Shown: positions 1 to 11,500 of the stretch, piece after piece | How the letters are laid out: each line of letters starts with the position of its first letter | How positions within the stretch are numbered: position 1 is the stretch's first letter | Origin: Cyanophora paradoxa CCMP329 | Lineage: Eukaryota > Plantae > Glaucophyta | DNA: 59,825 nt | Direction: 5' to 3' | Assembly: GCA_004431415.1 (NCBI GenBank) | Contig: QPMI01000307.1 | Coordinates: 1-59,825 of the forward strand | Notes under the pieces: generated by a model | Database searches by the model: none | The model's input: only the letters and a program-made list of their open reading frames with translations | What the model was told of the DNA's origin: nothing | Position numbers and translations under genes: made by a program

Positions 1-2214
1 CGCCGACGGGGCGCCACGCTGCCGGCCTCCGCCGCCGCCGGCTTCCTCATGGGCCCCGCCGCCCGCGGCACGCCCTCCCCGACGCCGGCGCCGAGCCCCT
101 CGCCGCCGCAGCAGGGGCCCCCGCGCCGCGGGGGCGCCGAGGCCGATGCCGAGGCGGCCGGGCGGCGCCGCTGGTGGCGCTCGCCTTCTCCGAGCGCGAC
201 GAGGAGGCGCCTTCTGGGGGCGACCGCCGGGCGAGCCCCGGCGCCCTGCGCGCTCTCATCGCCGCCCTCGCCTCCACTCCTCCTCATGCCCGTGCGCCGC
301 CCGCGCCCCGCGGCCCCCGCCCGCCTCCCTCCCCCGACGCCCGCGCGCGCAGCTCCTCGTGCACATCGCCAACGACTGCACGAGGAGACGCGCCTGGGCG
401 CGCGCTACGCGTGCGCGGGCCTGCCTCGTGCGCTCGTCGCCTCCTCCTGCGGCCGCGCCTGCCGCGGGCGCCCTCGGGACGCTCGCCCTCCACGCCGCCG
501 CCGCCGCCGCCGCGCTGCCGCCGGCCCCGACTACTGCCTCTGCACCCGGCGGCCCCGCCGCGGGGCCCCTCTCTGGGCGCCCTCACCGTGCGCCCCCGCC
601 CCCGCGCCCCGCGAGACGCGCCTCAGCGGCGCCTCACATCGCGCGCAGATGACGGACGCGGACGCCTGCTTCGCGACGATCTTCGTCTGCACGCTCGGGA
701 GCTCCGCTCCCCAGAAGCTCCCTGGGGCGCCCTGCCCCTCCTCGCCTCCGCGCCCCGCCGCCCGCGGTGCCACCGCCGACCGCAAGGTGCGCCCCCGCGC
801 GCCCGGCGGCGAGCGGCGTCGAGCGGGATCGGGGGCGGGGCAGATGATCCCGGTGTGGCTGGGGACCGGTGGCGCTGGCGATGTGGGGCGTCGCGTTCCT
901 GCGGGAGCGCGAGCGCGGCGGCGCTTTCTGCTGCGCAACAGCGCGCGGGGCGGCGCGGGCGGCGGCGGAGGCCGGGGCCGAGGCGGACGCCCTCGTCGAC
1001 TCTGCCTCCCCCGCGCCGCCCTCGGCCTCCTCCCGCATCCGGGTCCGCCCCGCGCCGCGCCCCGCGCCTGCCCGCACCGCCCCGACGCGGACGGCAGGCG
1101 GGAAGCGGTGGAGTTCGAGCGGTGGCGGTGCTGCAGAGCGACATCGTCGGCTTCTCGGCATCGCCCCCCCACCGACGCCCCCGCCTCGGACGCCCTCAGT
1201 GCGGCCCCGCGCCCCACCCGTCCCGCCCCGCCCACGCGTGCCCCGCCAGACGCCTCTTCGCCGCCTGCGACGAGATTGCCGAGCGCTACGGCGTGCAGAC
1301 CTCCGCACCGTCGGCGGTGCGGGGGCATGCGGGCGAGGGCCGCGCGCGGGCGCTCGCGGCTGACGGGGGCCCGGCGCGCAGACGCGTGGGTGGGCGTCGG
1401 GCCTCGACCGCCCCGGGCCCCGCGAGCTGGCGAGCCTGCTGCGGGCCGCGCACGAGATGCGCGCCGCCTACGCCCGCACCCGCCTCCTCGCGCGCCAGCC
1501 CGGCGTCGATCCCGAACTCGCCTCGCCCGCCTGTCCGTGCGCCTCGCCCGGCGCCGGCCGCGAGTGGACCCACGAGACCGTCCGCCCTCGCCCCTCCTCT
1601 CTCCGCGCGACCCCCTGTGCCGGCCGCTGAGCGCGCGGCGGCGGGGGGCAGCTGACGGCGCGCTTCGGAGTGGGGCTGGGGCGGCGGCGGGGGCCGTGGT
1701 GGGGGCGCGGCGGTGGACGTGGGAGCTGCTCGGCCGCCGTCGAGAGGCGGCCGCAATGGAGCGCAGCTCCTCCCGGCCGCTGCCTCGTCCGCTCCGCCCC
1801 CGCCCCGCCCCCGCCCCCCGCCCGCACGAACGGGGCGCCTCACGCGCGCGCGCGCAGGTGGCGGCGGAGGCGGCGGCACTGGTGGCCGGCGAGTTCGACT
1901 TCGAGGCGGGGCCCGGGGGGGCCACCCTCCTCGTCGCCCCCCGCGACGCCCCGCTCCTCCCGCCCGCCAGAAGCACCCGCACGCCTCCACCGCGACCCGG
2001 CCCCGGCCTCGGCCCCGCGCCGGCCGCCCTGGAGCAGCCGGCGGCCTCGGGCCGAGCCCTCCTTCTGAGGGCCTGCCGCCCTGCACGGAGGACCTTCCTC
2101 GAGGACTGCATCGGACTGCACATTGGGGGCGGCGATGCAGTCCGACGCGTACGGCCCGGACAGTGTTGTCCGCACGCGTTGGACGGTTGCACTACGGCAC
2201 GTGCCGCTGTGTAG
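1..2214 (+). CDS. Class III adenylate/guanylate cyclase-like protein, 3' part (multi-exon; 5' end outside the window; apparent indel errors)
   Basis: Spliced motifs VAVLQSDIVGFSA (~1122-1160), LFAACDEIAERYGV, RTVG|DAWVGV, SLLRAAHEM, LSVRL, GAVVGARRWTWELLG...AAAMERSS and QVAAEAAALV follow the class III cyclase fold in order. Confidence 0.75.
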   Translation, partial: RRRGATLPASAAAGFLMGPAARGTPSPTPAPSPSPPQQGPPRRGGAEADAEAAGRRRWWRSPSPSATRRRLLGATAGRAPAPCALSSPPSPPLLLMPVRRPRPAAPARLPPPTPARAAPRAHRQRLHEETRLGARYACAGLPRALVASSCGRACRGRPRDARPPRRRRRRRAAAGPDYCLCTRRPRRGAPLWAPSPCAPAPAPRETRLSGASHRAQMTDADACFATIFVCTLGSSAPQKLPGAPCPSSPPRPAARGATADRKVRPRAPGGERRRAGSGAGQMIPVWLGTGGAGDVGRRVPAGARARRRFLLRNSARGGAGGGGGRGRGGRPRRLCLPRAALGLLPHPGPPRAAPRACPHRPDADGRREAVEFERWRCCRATSSASRHRPPTDAPASDALSAAPRPTRPAPPTRAPPDASSPPATRLPSATACRPPHRRRCGGMRARAARGRSRLTGARRADAWVGVGPRPPRAPRAGEPAAGRARDARRLRPHPPPRAPARRRSRTRLARLSVRLARRRPRVDPRDRPPSPLLSPRDPLCRPLSARRRGAADGALRSGAGAAAGAVVGARRWTWELLGRRREAAAMERSSSRPLPRPLRPRPAPAPRPHERGASRARAQVAAEAAALVAGEFDFEAGPGGATLLVAPRDAPLLPPARSTRTPPPRPGPGLGPAPAALEQPAASGRALLLRACRPARRTFLEDCIGLHIGGGDAVRRVRPGQCCPHALDGCTTARAAV

Positions 2215-2327
2215 CTGTGTTGCTGGATCTAGAAAAAAGAGCCACTGACTTGCCGCGCGCGTCAGTTGGGTCCGGGAAGGGAATTTAATCATGTGAACGG
2301 GACTGTTGCACTGCAGTGGCTTGGCAT

Positions 2328-4243
2328 TCACAGCGCGCACAAGACTCGCACAAAATGGGCGGGGGGCTGCAGTTTGGCAGCCCCGTGCGGGACTGCACTG
2401 TCACTGCACGCCTTGGTCTTCTTTCCGCCCTTGGTGTCCTTGGACTTGGCGCCTTGGGGCCGCGTCTTCTTGTCTTCTTGCCCTTGGAGACGCCGGCGCC
2501 CAGGAGGCGCGCGCCTTGGTGCCGAGGAGCGGGCGCAGCGAGGGCCATGAGGCCCTTCATGCCGGTGCCTTTCTGGGGCGGAGGCCGACTTCACGACCGG
2601 CGCCTCTGCGGCGTCGAGCTCGGGCGCTGCCCCTCCTCGTCGAGGAGACCTCGATGGGGTCGTCCTGAGGGCAGAGCGGGTAAGGAGAGGGAGCAGGGTG
2701 GGGGAAGGGGGGTGAGGGGGGGGGGGGGGGGGGGGCGGGAAGGAGACGGAGGGCGCAGACCCGGTGGCGGAGGCGTTGTCGACTCGTCCGAGGAGATCAC
2801 GGTGGCCTTGCGGCCACCCGAGCGGCGCTTTGGCGTATCCTGCGGGCTGTATTGAGGAGCGATGGAGCATCCGGTAGCAAGAAAGAGGGACGCACTCGTC
2901 GTCGTCCTCGGGCAGCTGTGGCGCAGGCGGGGCCGCAATCGGGGCAGGCGGGGCCGCATCACCAGGCAGGACTGGGGCCGGACTGCAGAGTGGCCGTGCC
3001 GTTCCTGCAGGGACGGCGGTGGGCACACGAAGCAAACAGACGCGGGAGAGGGTGGAAGTGCCCACCGGAATTGCGTCGTAGAGGGCGTCAAGCGCCTGGG
3101 TCTTCTCGTCCTTGGCCGTGATCACGTACTCCGAGTGTACTGCTGGGGATGAAGTGGACGTGGCCATCTGGGAGAGCTCAGCAAGGCAGATGAGGCAGAG
3201 CACGGAGAGACCCACGAACCCTTAAGGTCCGACTCAAAGTAGTGTAGACGAGCTGAATCTTATCGCCGGCCTGGTAGTCGACTGGTAAACTGGCTGGCCA
3301 GGGACTCTTGTAGGATGAAGGTTGCAGTGCACTGAGCAGGAGGGTCAAAACAGCATCGGAGAGCGAGGACAGCAGAGGGACGCGCCCATCGGCGGAAGCA
3401 ACCAGCACGTTGTGGAACGTGTATTGGTTCGAGTGGACGTACTCGCCGGCAGGCACTCGAGGACGACGACCGCACCATTGATTCCAGCCCCAGACGTTCG
3501 CACCGGCCGCCGCTTGCAGCTGCTTGTCCGTGCAGCGATTGCAGCCGCCGCCGCGAGGCAGGTTGTGACTGCAGCAGCGGAATCGATCCCGCAGCAGCCG
3601 CTGCCGTGTCTGCGATGAGCGCTGTGAGCTCGCATCGCAAGTCGAGCACTTGGTGCGCTCGCGGACCGACGTGTACAGGCGCTGAGGCGGCGGTCGCGGC
3701 TTCCCGCGCGCAGCGATGCTCTGCAGCTCCGCTCATCTGCGACAGCGTATACACGTAGCGAAAAGGTAAGTTTCGAAGGCTTCGAAAGCATAATGCCGCG
3801 TACCACGTAAGCGGTTCTTTTCACAGGATGCAGTTGCGTGGTGTGCCACCACCTTCGCCGGCCGAAGCGCACGAAGTGGGCAGCGCAGAGGTCAAGCCCA
3901 CACGTCTTTGCTGCCGGGCTTTGCTCTTCTGCTGACAGTCCCGCACTCAGGCCGCTCGCTGAACGCGTGGGCGCGCTGGTCGAGCTGCGGGTTCCTCCAG
4001 GGCGACCTACGCTGGCTGCAGGCGCGGGGCGCGACATCCTGGCAACATGACTGTACAGCGCGTCCCTCGTGCAGAAGTGCTGGCGCAGTGCAGGCACTTG
4101 CCGCCGTACAGCTTGCGGAGCCACCGCAGCTGGGCGAGTCGCACGGCCCCGTCGCCGGCTCGATGTCGCTCCTATGACGATGCGACCGGTGGCTGTGCGC
4201 CACCGCTGCCGCGTGGGCGTCCTTGCGGCAGCATCAAGCATGC
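2328..4243 (-). CDS. Putative multi-exon unknown protein with a frameshifted C2H2-type zinc-finger motif (possibly degenerate or TE-derived)
   Basis: Codon-biased segments separated by intron-like gaps. At ~4045-4100, KCLHC(x)QHFCTRDALYSH fits C-x2-C-x3-F-x5-L-x2-H if one missing base is restored. No family recognised and boundaries are uncertain. Confidence 0.3.
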
Positions 4244-4886
4244 GGCGCTGTTCCCGCGCAAAGGCTCGGGTACGCTTAAAGACTTTCCTCAGGGTAATTA
4301 ACGCACTCTCCAATGCGATTGGCTAGCGCGCGGGCGTCCTCCTACACGACCGCGCTCGCGCCCGGCCTCGCTCCCGCTGTACAGAATGTCGGCATGATGC
4401 AAGCATTGACACGAACTGGTCTGGCCCGTATATCTGCTCCCTGTGCGTCGCTGGACCCATTTTGTCCCGGTGTTGTGCCTGTTCCTGGATCACCCTTTGG
4501 TCGGACGGACCGGGAGACACGGTTTCGGGTCCCCTGGGGACGCGCTTTCAGGACGTACCGCGCGGCCGGGTTTTGCGGAGGTCGGGGAAATGGGATTGGG
4601 TAGGGTTGGCCCGAGGGACAGGACAGGGAAGTGATTTTCCTTCCCCAATAGCTTAGCTGCATTTCTGTGCAGATCGCAGTAGTCACATAAAGCGAACAGA
4701 AGCTTAAGCTTGTGCTACCCTAGGCCTGGTGTGGTCCTCAGGGGTTGTCTCCTGACATTTGAAAGAGTGCGCGCTTCTTCCCTCCTCCCTTCTGAGCTTC
4801 CCTTCCTCCAGTCCAGGTCCTCCTGTTTTCGAGAAGAGAACGATCTCTCTTCGTCCACGGACAGCGGAGGGAAAGCGGGGCGCCCC

Positions 4887-7800
4887 TCACTCGGGGAGGC
4901 GAGGAGGGCGCTGACGGCGCGGTCGACGTCGCCGCCGGCGGCGCGGAGGGCGGCGAGGCGCGGGGGCGTCCCCGAAACCCATCTCCGCCATCGCCGCCAG
5001 CTGCGCGCCGTAGTCCGCTTCCTCGGGCGCCCCCGCCGCCTCGGGGCGCTCCCCTCCGCACCCTCCCCCTCGCCCTTCCGCCGCGGGGGCGAGGCCTCCC
5101 CGTCTGGCGCCGGCTGAGCGGCGGGGCGAGCAGCGGACGAGGCGGGGCGGGGCGGGGCACCGGAGTCGGGCGGAAGCGGTAGGCGCGGAGCTCGGGGTGT
5201 CGGGCTCTCCGCCGCGTCCACCCAGGGAGCACCAGCCCCGCCCGCCCCCCGCCTGGCCCCCAGCAGCGCCCCGCCGGCCCCGCCGCCGCCGCGGGGCCCG
5301 CCCTGAGCCCCGTCGCCAGGGCGGGGCGGGGTGGCGGGCGGGCGAGGGCGCACGGGTCGGCCTCGCGCGGGCAGGCCGCGCGCGTTCTCCACCGGCGGCG
5401 CGTGCGTCGGGCTGCCCGCGGTCAGAGGAGAGAGGGGGCCGGGGCGGGGCGGGGCGGCGGGCGGGCCTGCCGCCGCGGAAGAGGAAGGCGACGGCGCGCT
5501 CGACGGAGCCCGCGCCGACTTGAGCGCCTGCACCAGCACCTCTGCGCCCGCCCGCCTCAGCGCCTCGCGGCTCGAGAGGCGGGGCGGGGCGGGCCCTCGG
5601 CCTCCTGGAAGCCCATCTCGCGCATGGTCGAGACGGCGGCGTTGTACTTGCCTCCTCCCCCGCGTACGTCAGCGGCCCGTCGTCCCGCTCCGAGTCCTCC
5701 CCTCCCGGCCCCCCGCCCCGCCCCCCGCGCCGCCGCCGCCGCCGCCCGGGTCCGACCCCGCGCCCGCGCCGCCGCCGGCCCGCCGGCGCGTCGCCTCCCG
5801 ACCAGCGGCGCGCGGCCTCCTCGATCTGGGCGGGGCGGGGGGGGCGGGTGAGGAGGGGGCGGGGCCGGGGGCGGCGGGCGGGCGGCCTGGACGGCGTCGA
5901 GGAAGGAGGCGGAGAGGAGCTCGACGGCCGTCTCGAGGTCGCCCCCGCCCGGTGCACCGCCTGCGCCCCGCTCGAGCCGCCCCGCACCCCGCGGGGCGGC
6001 GGCGGCGCGCACGCGGAGCGCCGCCCGCTCGTCCACGAAGCCCATCTCGCGCAGCATCGCCAGCTGCACCCGCCGCCCCTCGGCCCCGCCCCGGCGGTGG
6101 CGGGGCGGGGCGGGGCACCTGCTCGGCGTAGGGCCGGGGTCGACGGTGGGGAGGGGCGCGGTGGAGCCCGGGCCCCCGGCGGGCGGAGCCGGGGCGCACG
6201 CCGCCCCGCCGCCCGCCAGCGACTCGGCGGGGTCGTCTGCGCGCCCGGCGGTGAGGCGCGGAGGCGGCGGGCGTGCGGGACGGGTGCGGGGCGGGGCGGG
6301 GCGCGCCCTCCTCGCCGGCGAGCATGGCGGCGGGTTGCGGAGGAACGAGGGGCGCTCCGCGGCGCCCCGCCGCCCCGAGCCGCCCGCCGAGCCGCTCGCC
6401 CCCGGCGTCGCGCTCTGCGACCGCTGCGAGCGCATCTCCGGCGGGCACGCTGCGCCACCCGTCGGCCTAGGCGGCGGCGGCAGCAGCGGGACGAAAGGCG
6501 CACTGAAGCGGGCCTTCTCGATGGCGAGGTCGCGGGGCGGGCCGGCGCCGCGCTCGTCCATGGAGCAGAGGAACATCTGCACGGGCTGCACCACGTCGTC
6601 CTCCAGGTCGAAGTTGTTGTGGTCCATCGTCTCCGACACCGCCAGCCGCTTCATGATGCTGCGCCCCGCCCCGCCCCTCAGCCCCGCCCCGCCCTGCTCC
6701 GCCGCGCGTCGCGCCTCGGGCAGAGGTTGTAGAGCGTCTCCGCCTGCGTCCACGGATGAGCCGGTCCTGAGCGCCCCGCCCGCGGTCAGTGGAGCGCGGG
6801 GACTCCGGGGCCCCGCGCCGGCCGCACGAGACGGCCGTGGATGATAAGGACGGGCAGTGGACCTGCGCGGGCGGGGCGGGCGGCTCGGTCGGGCGCAGGG
6901 CCGGCGGGGGCGCGGCGGGCCCGGGGCGCGCACGTTCTGGATCTCCTCGTCGGACTTGAAGCGGTCCGAGATGAGGTACTGGGCCGCCGCCCCCATGAGG
7001 TGCCTGCGGGCCCCCGCCTGAGGCGCCGGCCGCGGGGCGGGGAGCGGGGGGCGGCGGACTTGACGACGGCGCGGATGGAGGTGTAGGGGAGAGGAGGATG
7101 AGGGCGCGGAAGTCGCCGTTCACCGCGATCTTCGTGCACGGGCCCGTCCGATCGACCGCCCGAACAGGATGCTGCCGCCCCCGGCCCCGCCGCGCCCTCA
7201 GCCCGGCGGCGCGGCGCCGGCGGGCGAGCCGGCCGCACATGTTCTTCTGGTCGAACTTGAGAACGTTGACCTGCGCGCCGGCGCCGTGAGGCCGCGGCGC
7301 GGCGCGGCGCTCTGCCGGCGTCCGGCGGCAGCGGGGCGCACGCAGTACGTCACGACGCGGTTCAGCGCGTCGTTCACGTTCGCCTCGTTCGGGCGGCCCG
7401 GGAAGCAGCCGTACCTGCGGCCGGCGCTCGCCGCGTGCGGCGCCGCGACTCGGCAGCGAAGCGCGTCGCACCCCGGATACTCGACCGCGATGATGTGGCA
7501 CTGCAGGCGGCGGGCGTGCGTCAGCGCGCTGCGAGCGGCGCGCGAGCTGCACCCCGGAGCCGACCTGGAGCGAGAAGCGCAGGGCCATCATAAGCGGCCG
7601 CGAGCACCCAATGTCCTCCGCATTGCCGTGCATGTAAATCTGGCGGGGCGTCAACCGCGCTCGCCGGCCTGGCGGGGGACGCGGGCGGTGGAGGCGTACG
7701 AGGAGGTACCGCGCGCCGCCGGGGACAGGCAAGACCAAGCAAGGCGAAGGCGGGTCTCCAATCCAGCACAACTCGCCGGGGAAGCTGTTCTCTTCATAGA

Positions 7801-8135
7801 ACGGCGATGGAGCCGGGAAGAGGACCTGCGGCGCTCTGGCGTTTCAGCGGACGCGCTGTCGCCGAGCTTCGAGGATGCCTGGCACGACTCGGCAGGAGCG
7901 TGGGACCCTAGCGATCCCCGGGGACCGCAGCCGACCGCGGTCTAGGAGGTCGTGCTCCGAATGGCCGGGGTGCGAAGGATGCGGGGGCACTGTCGGGCCA
8001 CGGAGCGCGTGCAGACCTTGTTAATCGGCGAGACCTCATCGAAGTCGAAGAGCGGTCTTGCGGGTCGTACGTGAGAAAGCGCGGGAGCAGGACGCGCAGG
8101 AAGGAGACGCACTTCTTTTTCTTCGGCAAGAACAT
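4887..8135 (-). CDS. ABHD17-like alpha/beta hydrolase with three C-terminal UBA domains
   Basis: Spliced MFLPKKKKPLFDFDEVSPINK-VLFSAPSPFY, IYMHGNAEDIG, IIAVEYPGYG, ILFGRSIGTGP (GxSxG nucleophile), PVLIIHG, MDHNNF. Three MGF UBA motifs follow: LREMGFVDE..GDLETAVELL, MREMGFQE..GSVERAVAFLF, MAEMGFGD..GDVDRAVSALL. Confidence 0.85.
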
Positions 8136-8591
8136 CTTCGGCTCTGCACGAAGTTCGGCGGAAGGTACCCTAACGCGCGTTGACCTGCCGCGACCCCGAT
8201 CTCCGGCTACGTTGCGCTGACGGCCTACAAGCTGTGCTGAAAGCCCGCGGCTCGACTCTGGAGCGGCTCGCTGCGCAGAACTGTACCCAGCTGCGCCAAT
8301 TGGGGTACAAAACAAAAGTGGACTTCGTGCGCTCATGCAGCGTAGCTGCGCAAATGCATTGCATTTGCGGAATGCGAGCGCTAGCTGTTGCGCATGCGCG
8401 TGCACGTGCGCGTGTTCGCGCACGTCAACGTTCACTGCAGGTGCAGCGCTCCCGGACCGCAAAAGGTTCACGAAATCGCCACTAGCCGCATGCGCAAGTG
8501 CAACTGTCGGCAAGGGAGGGTGGGCCGATGCGGATTCAGAAAGCGGGCAATGTACAGGGGTGGCTCGGGCGGGCCGGCGCCGGCTGGCGCT

Positions 8592-11500
8592 CTACCGGTA
8601 CTGGCCCTCGAGGTCCTGGAGGGTGCGGAGCTTGGTGCCGCGGGGGGGGCATCGGGGGGGGGGGGTAGGCCCCCGCGTCGGCCCCGCCCGCCATACCGAA
8701 GAGCTTGTCGACGCTGAAGCCGGCGCCGCCGAAGCCCGGGTGCATCGGGGCCCCCGGCGGCGGTCCGCCTGGCATGCCGAACGGCGGAGTGCCCGTGCGG
8801 GAAGCCGCCCGGCATGCCGAAGTTGGGGGGCAGGCCGAAGTTGGAGGCAGGCCGCCCCGGGCGGGAAGCCCGCGGCGGCCGAGACGGCGGCCGCTGCTGC
8901 TGCAGCGGCGGCGGCGGCGGCGGCGCGGACTGGGGAGCGCCGGGGAAGGGGCGGAGCCGGGAGCGCCGCGGGGAGGGCGCTAAGGACGGACGGGGGCGGG
9001 TTGAAGAAGGCGGGCGCCTGGCCGGGGGGAGCTTGAGGCGGCGGCGGCAGCGGCGGCGCAGCGGCGGCGGCGGCGGCGGCGGCGTCGGGGCCGCCGGGAG
9101 GGGCGCCGAGGGCCACTGGGGCTGGCGGGGCGGGGCGTGGCCCGGGGCGGGCGCCGGGCTTGCCCCCGAGGCGGCCAGGATGGCCATGAGGTCAGGGACC
9201 CCGTAGGGGCGCCGGGGGGAGGCCAGGCGGCGGCGGGCCCCCGGGGCGGGCCCTGGGCCGCCCCCGCCGGTGGCGCGGAGGAGGGCGGCGTGGCGGGCCT
9301 GCTGGGCGGCGGTGGGGTTGGCGCCGTCCTTAGGGGCCCCGTCGAACTGGAACGCGGCGCCCTCGTTGGGCCCGGGAGGATGCCGGGGTAGGGGGTGGCG
9401 CGGCCCCGCCGCCCTCGCGGGGCGCGGGGGCGCCGCCCGGGGCCCCCCCGGGTGAGCTTCTGCAGGAGCCCGTCGATGGCGGCCGACGAGGGCCGGCAGG
9501 GCGGTGCTGCCCCGCCTTCGCTCCCGCCGCCTGCGCCGCCTGCGCCGCCGCCGCCCCCGCTGCATCGCCTGCGCCCAGCGTGAGCGACGCGAGGGCGGGG
9601 CGGGGCGGGGCGGGGCGGGCGGGGCGGGGCGGGGCGGGCGGGCCTGCATCATGGCCTGGCGCTCGATGTCCTCGAGGGTGAGGGCGCGGAGGGCATCGGG
9701 GGCGCCGCGGGGCGGGCCGCCGGGCGCGGCATCGGCGGGACCTCGCCGGCCGAGGCGAACATGAGGGAGAGGAGGAGGCCGCCGACTCGGCCCCCTGCGG
9801 CGCAGCGCGGCCGCCGGGCTGCGGGAAGCCCTCGGGGGGCGCGGCGGCGCGGCCCCGGGGGCGGGGGCGGGCGTAGGGGCCCTGCCGGGGAGCCTGGCAT
9901 GGGGGGCACCGGGCCCTGCCCGAAGTCGGCCTTGAAGAGGGCCTCCAGCATGCTGGGCCCCGACGGCTGCCCCGGCCCCGCCTGCTGCGGCTGCCCCTGC
10001 GGCTGCCCCTGGGGCCCTGCGGGTGTCCCTGTGGCGCCTGCGCGTGCTGCGGCGGCTGCATCCCGGCGGGCCGCGAACGCGTCGCCCCGAAGATGCCTGG
10101 CGGCGGGCGGTGAGGGCGCCGAGGGCGCGATCCGAGGCGGGCGGCGGGCACCGTGCTCGTCGGCGGCGAAGAAGCGCGAGAAGCGGGAGGCCGCGGACGG
10201 CGCGTTCGTCGGCGAAGCCCGCTTCGGGCCCCTGCGAGGCGCCGTCGGCGGCCCGGCCTCAGGCGGCGGGAGGGGGGGGGGCGCACGGTCCGATGGCCCC
10301 GGGGCCGGCGGCCTTGCGCTCGCCCGGGGCGAGCCAGCGGGGCATCGCCTCGGCGACCTCCTGCGGGGCGGGGTCGGGGCGGCGCGGGGGCGGGCGGGCG
10401 GGTGCACGTCGTCCTCGGCGTCGAAGAGCCGAGCGCCGCGCTCGACGAGAAGAGGCTGTTGATGAAGTCCGGGCCCTCCTCCCCCTCCCCATCCTCCCCG
10501 CCCTTCCGCTCCCCGGCGCCTTCAGCCCCGGCGGCGGCGCCGGCTTGGCCGCCCCGCCGCAGACTTCTCCTTGTCCGCGCCGCCGCCGGCCGCTCCCCGA
10601 GGCCGGGCGGCGGGCCCAGGGGCTTGTCGGCGCCCGTGGGGAGGCGGCGGGGCCGGCCTCCCCTCGCGGGCTGGGGCGAGGTGAGCGCCGGGGCGGGGCG
10701 GGGCCGGCGGGCGGGGCGGACCGGCTCGTCGCGCTTCTCCTTGGCGGGGGAGGCGGCGCCTGCTCCTTCGGCAGCCGGCTGTTCGGAACGAGGTCCGCTC
10801 CCGCTCCTGGCCCCGCGTCAGGCGGGAGCGAGGGCGGCCGCGCGGCAGGGGCGGGCGGGAGGCGCACGGGAGCGGCCTGGCGCTCGCGGCCCGCTGCTCG
10901 CGCTCGAGCTCCGCCGCTCCCGTTCCCGGAAGTTCTGGAACTTGAAGCGGTCCTGAGGGGCGGGGCGAGCTCGGCGGGCGGCGGGCGAGGCGCGGGGCGG
11001 CGGGCGGGGGGACCTTCTCCTCGGCAGTACGCTGCTCGAGCTTCTGGATCAGCTCGAGCTCGTCCGGTCGCCCAGCCGCGCCAGCGCGAAGTCCGGCGAG
11101 TCCTCGAACAGAGCCCCCGCGGTCCGAACGACTGCCCGCCCGTCGGCGCCCGCCCGGCGCGCAGGGCGGGGCGGCGGGGCGGGGGCGGCGGGGCGGGGCG
11201 CACCCGCTGCATGCTGCGGCCGGTGGGGGAGCCCATCGGGGCGCGCGGAGCGGTGGGCGACATGGGCCCCGTGCCACGCGGCGAGCTCTCCGGGCCCCGC
11301 CGCTCGCGGTCGCGCCCGAAGGACTCCGAGGGCGGCACGGCGGGGCCGCCGGGGCGCCGCGCGTCGAAGGAGGTCGTGCGCTCCGGCGGCCGCTCCTCCC
11401 GCCGCTCGGCGAAACTCCGCGGCTTCTGCAGCTGCGCGAGGCGGTCGGAGGGGGCTGCCGCGGGCCAGGGGAGCCTCGGGAGCCTCCGCACCTCTGACTT

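Noticed and set aside
2716-2735. Poly-G run here, poly-C run at ~25122-25146 and (TCC)n at ~55123-55177
   Set aside because: Simple low-complexity intronic runs and a poly-Glu coding tract, with no further structure.
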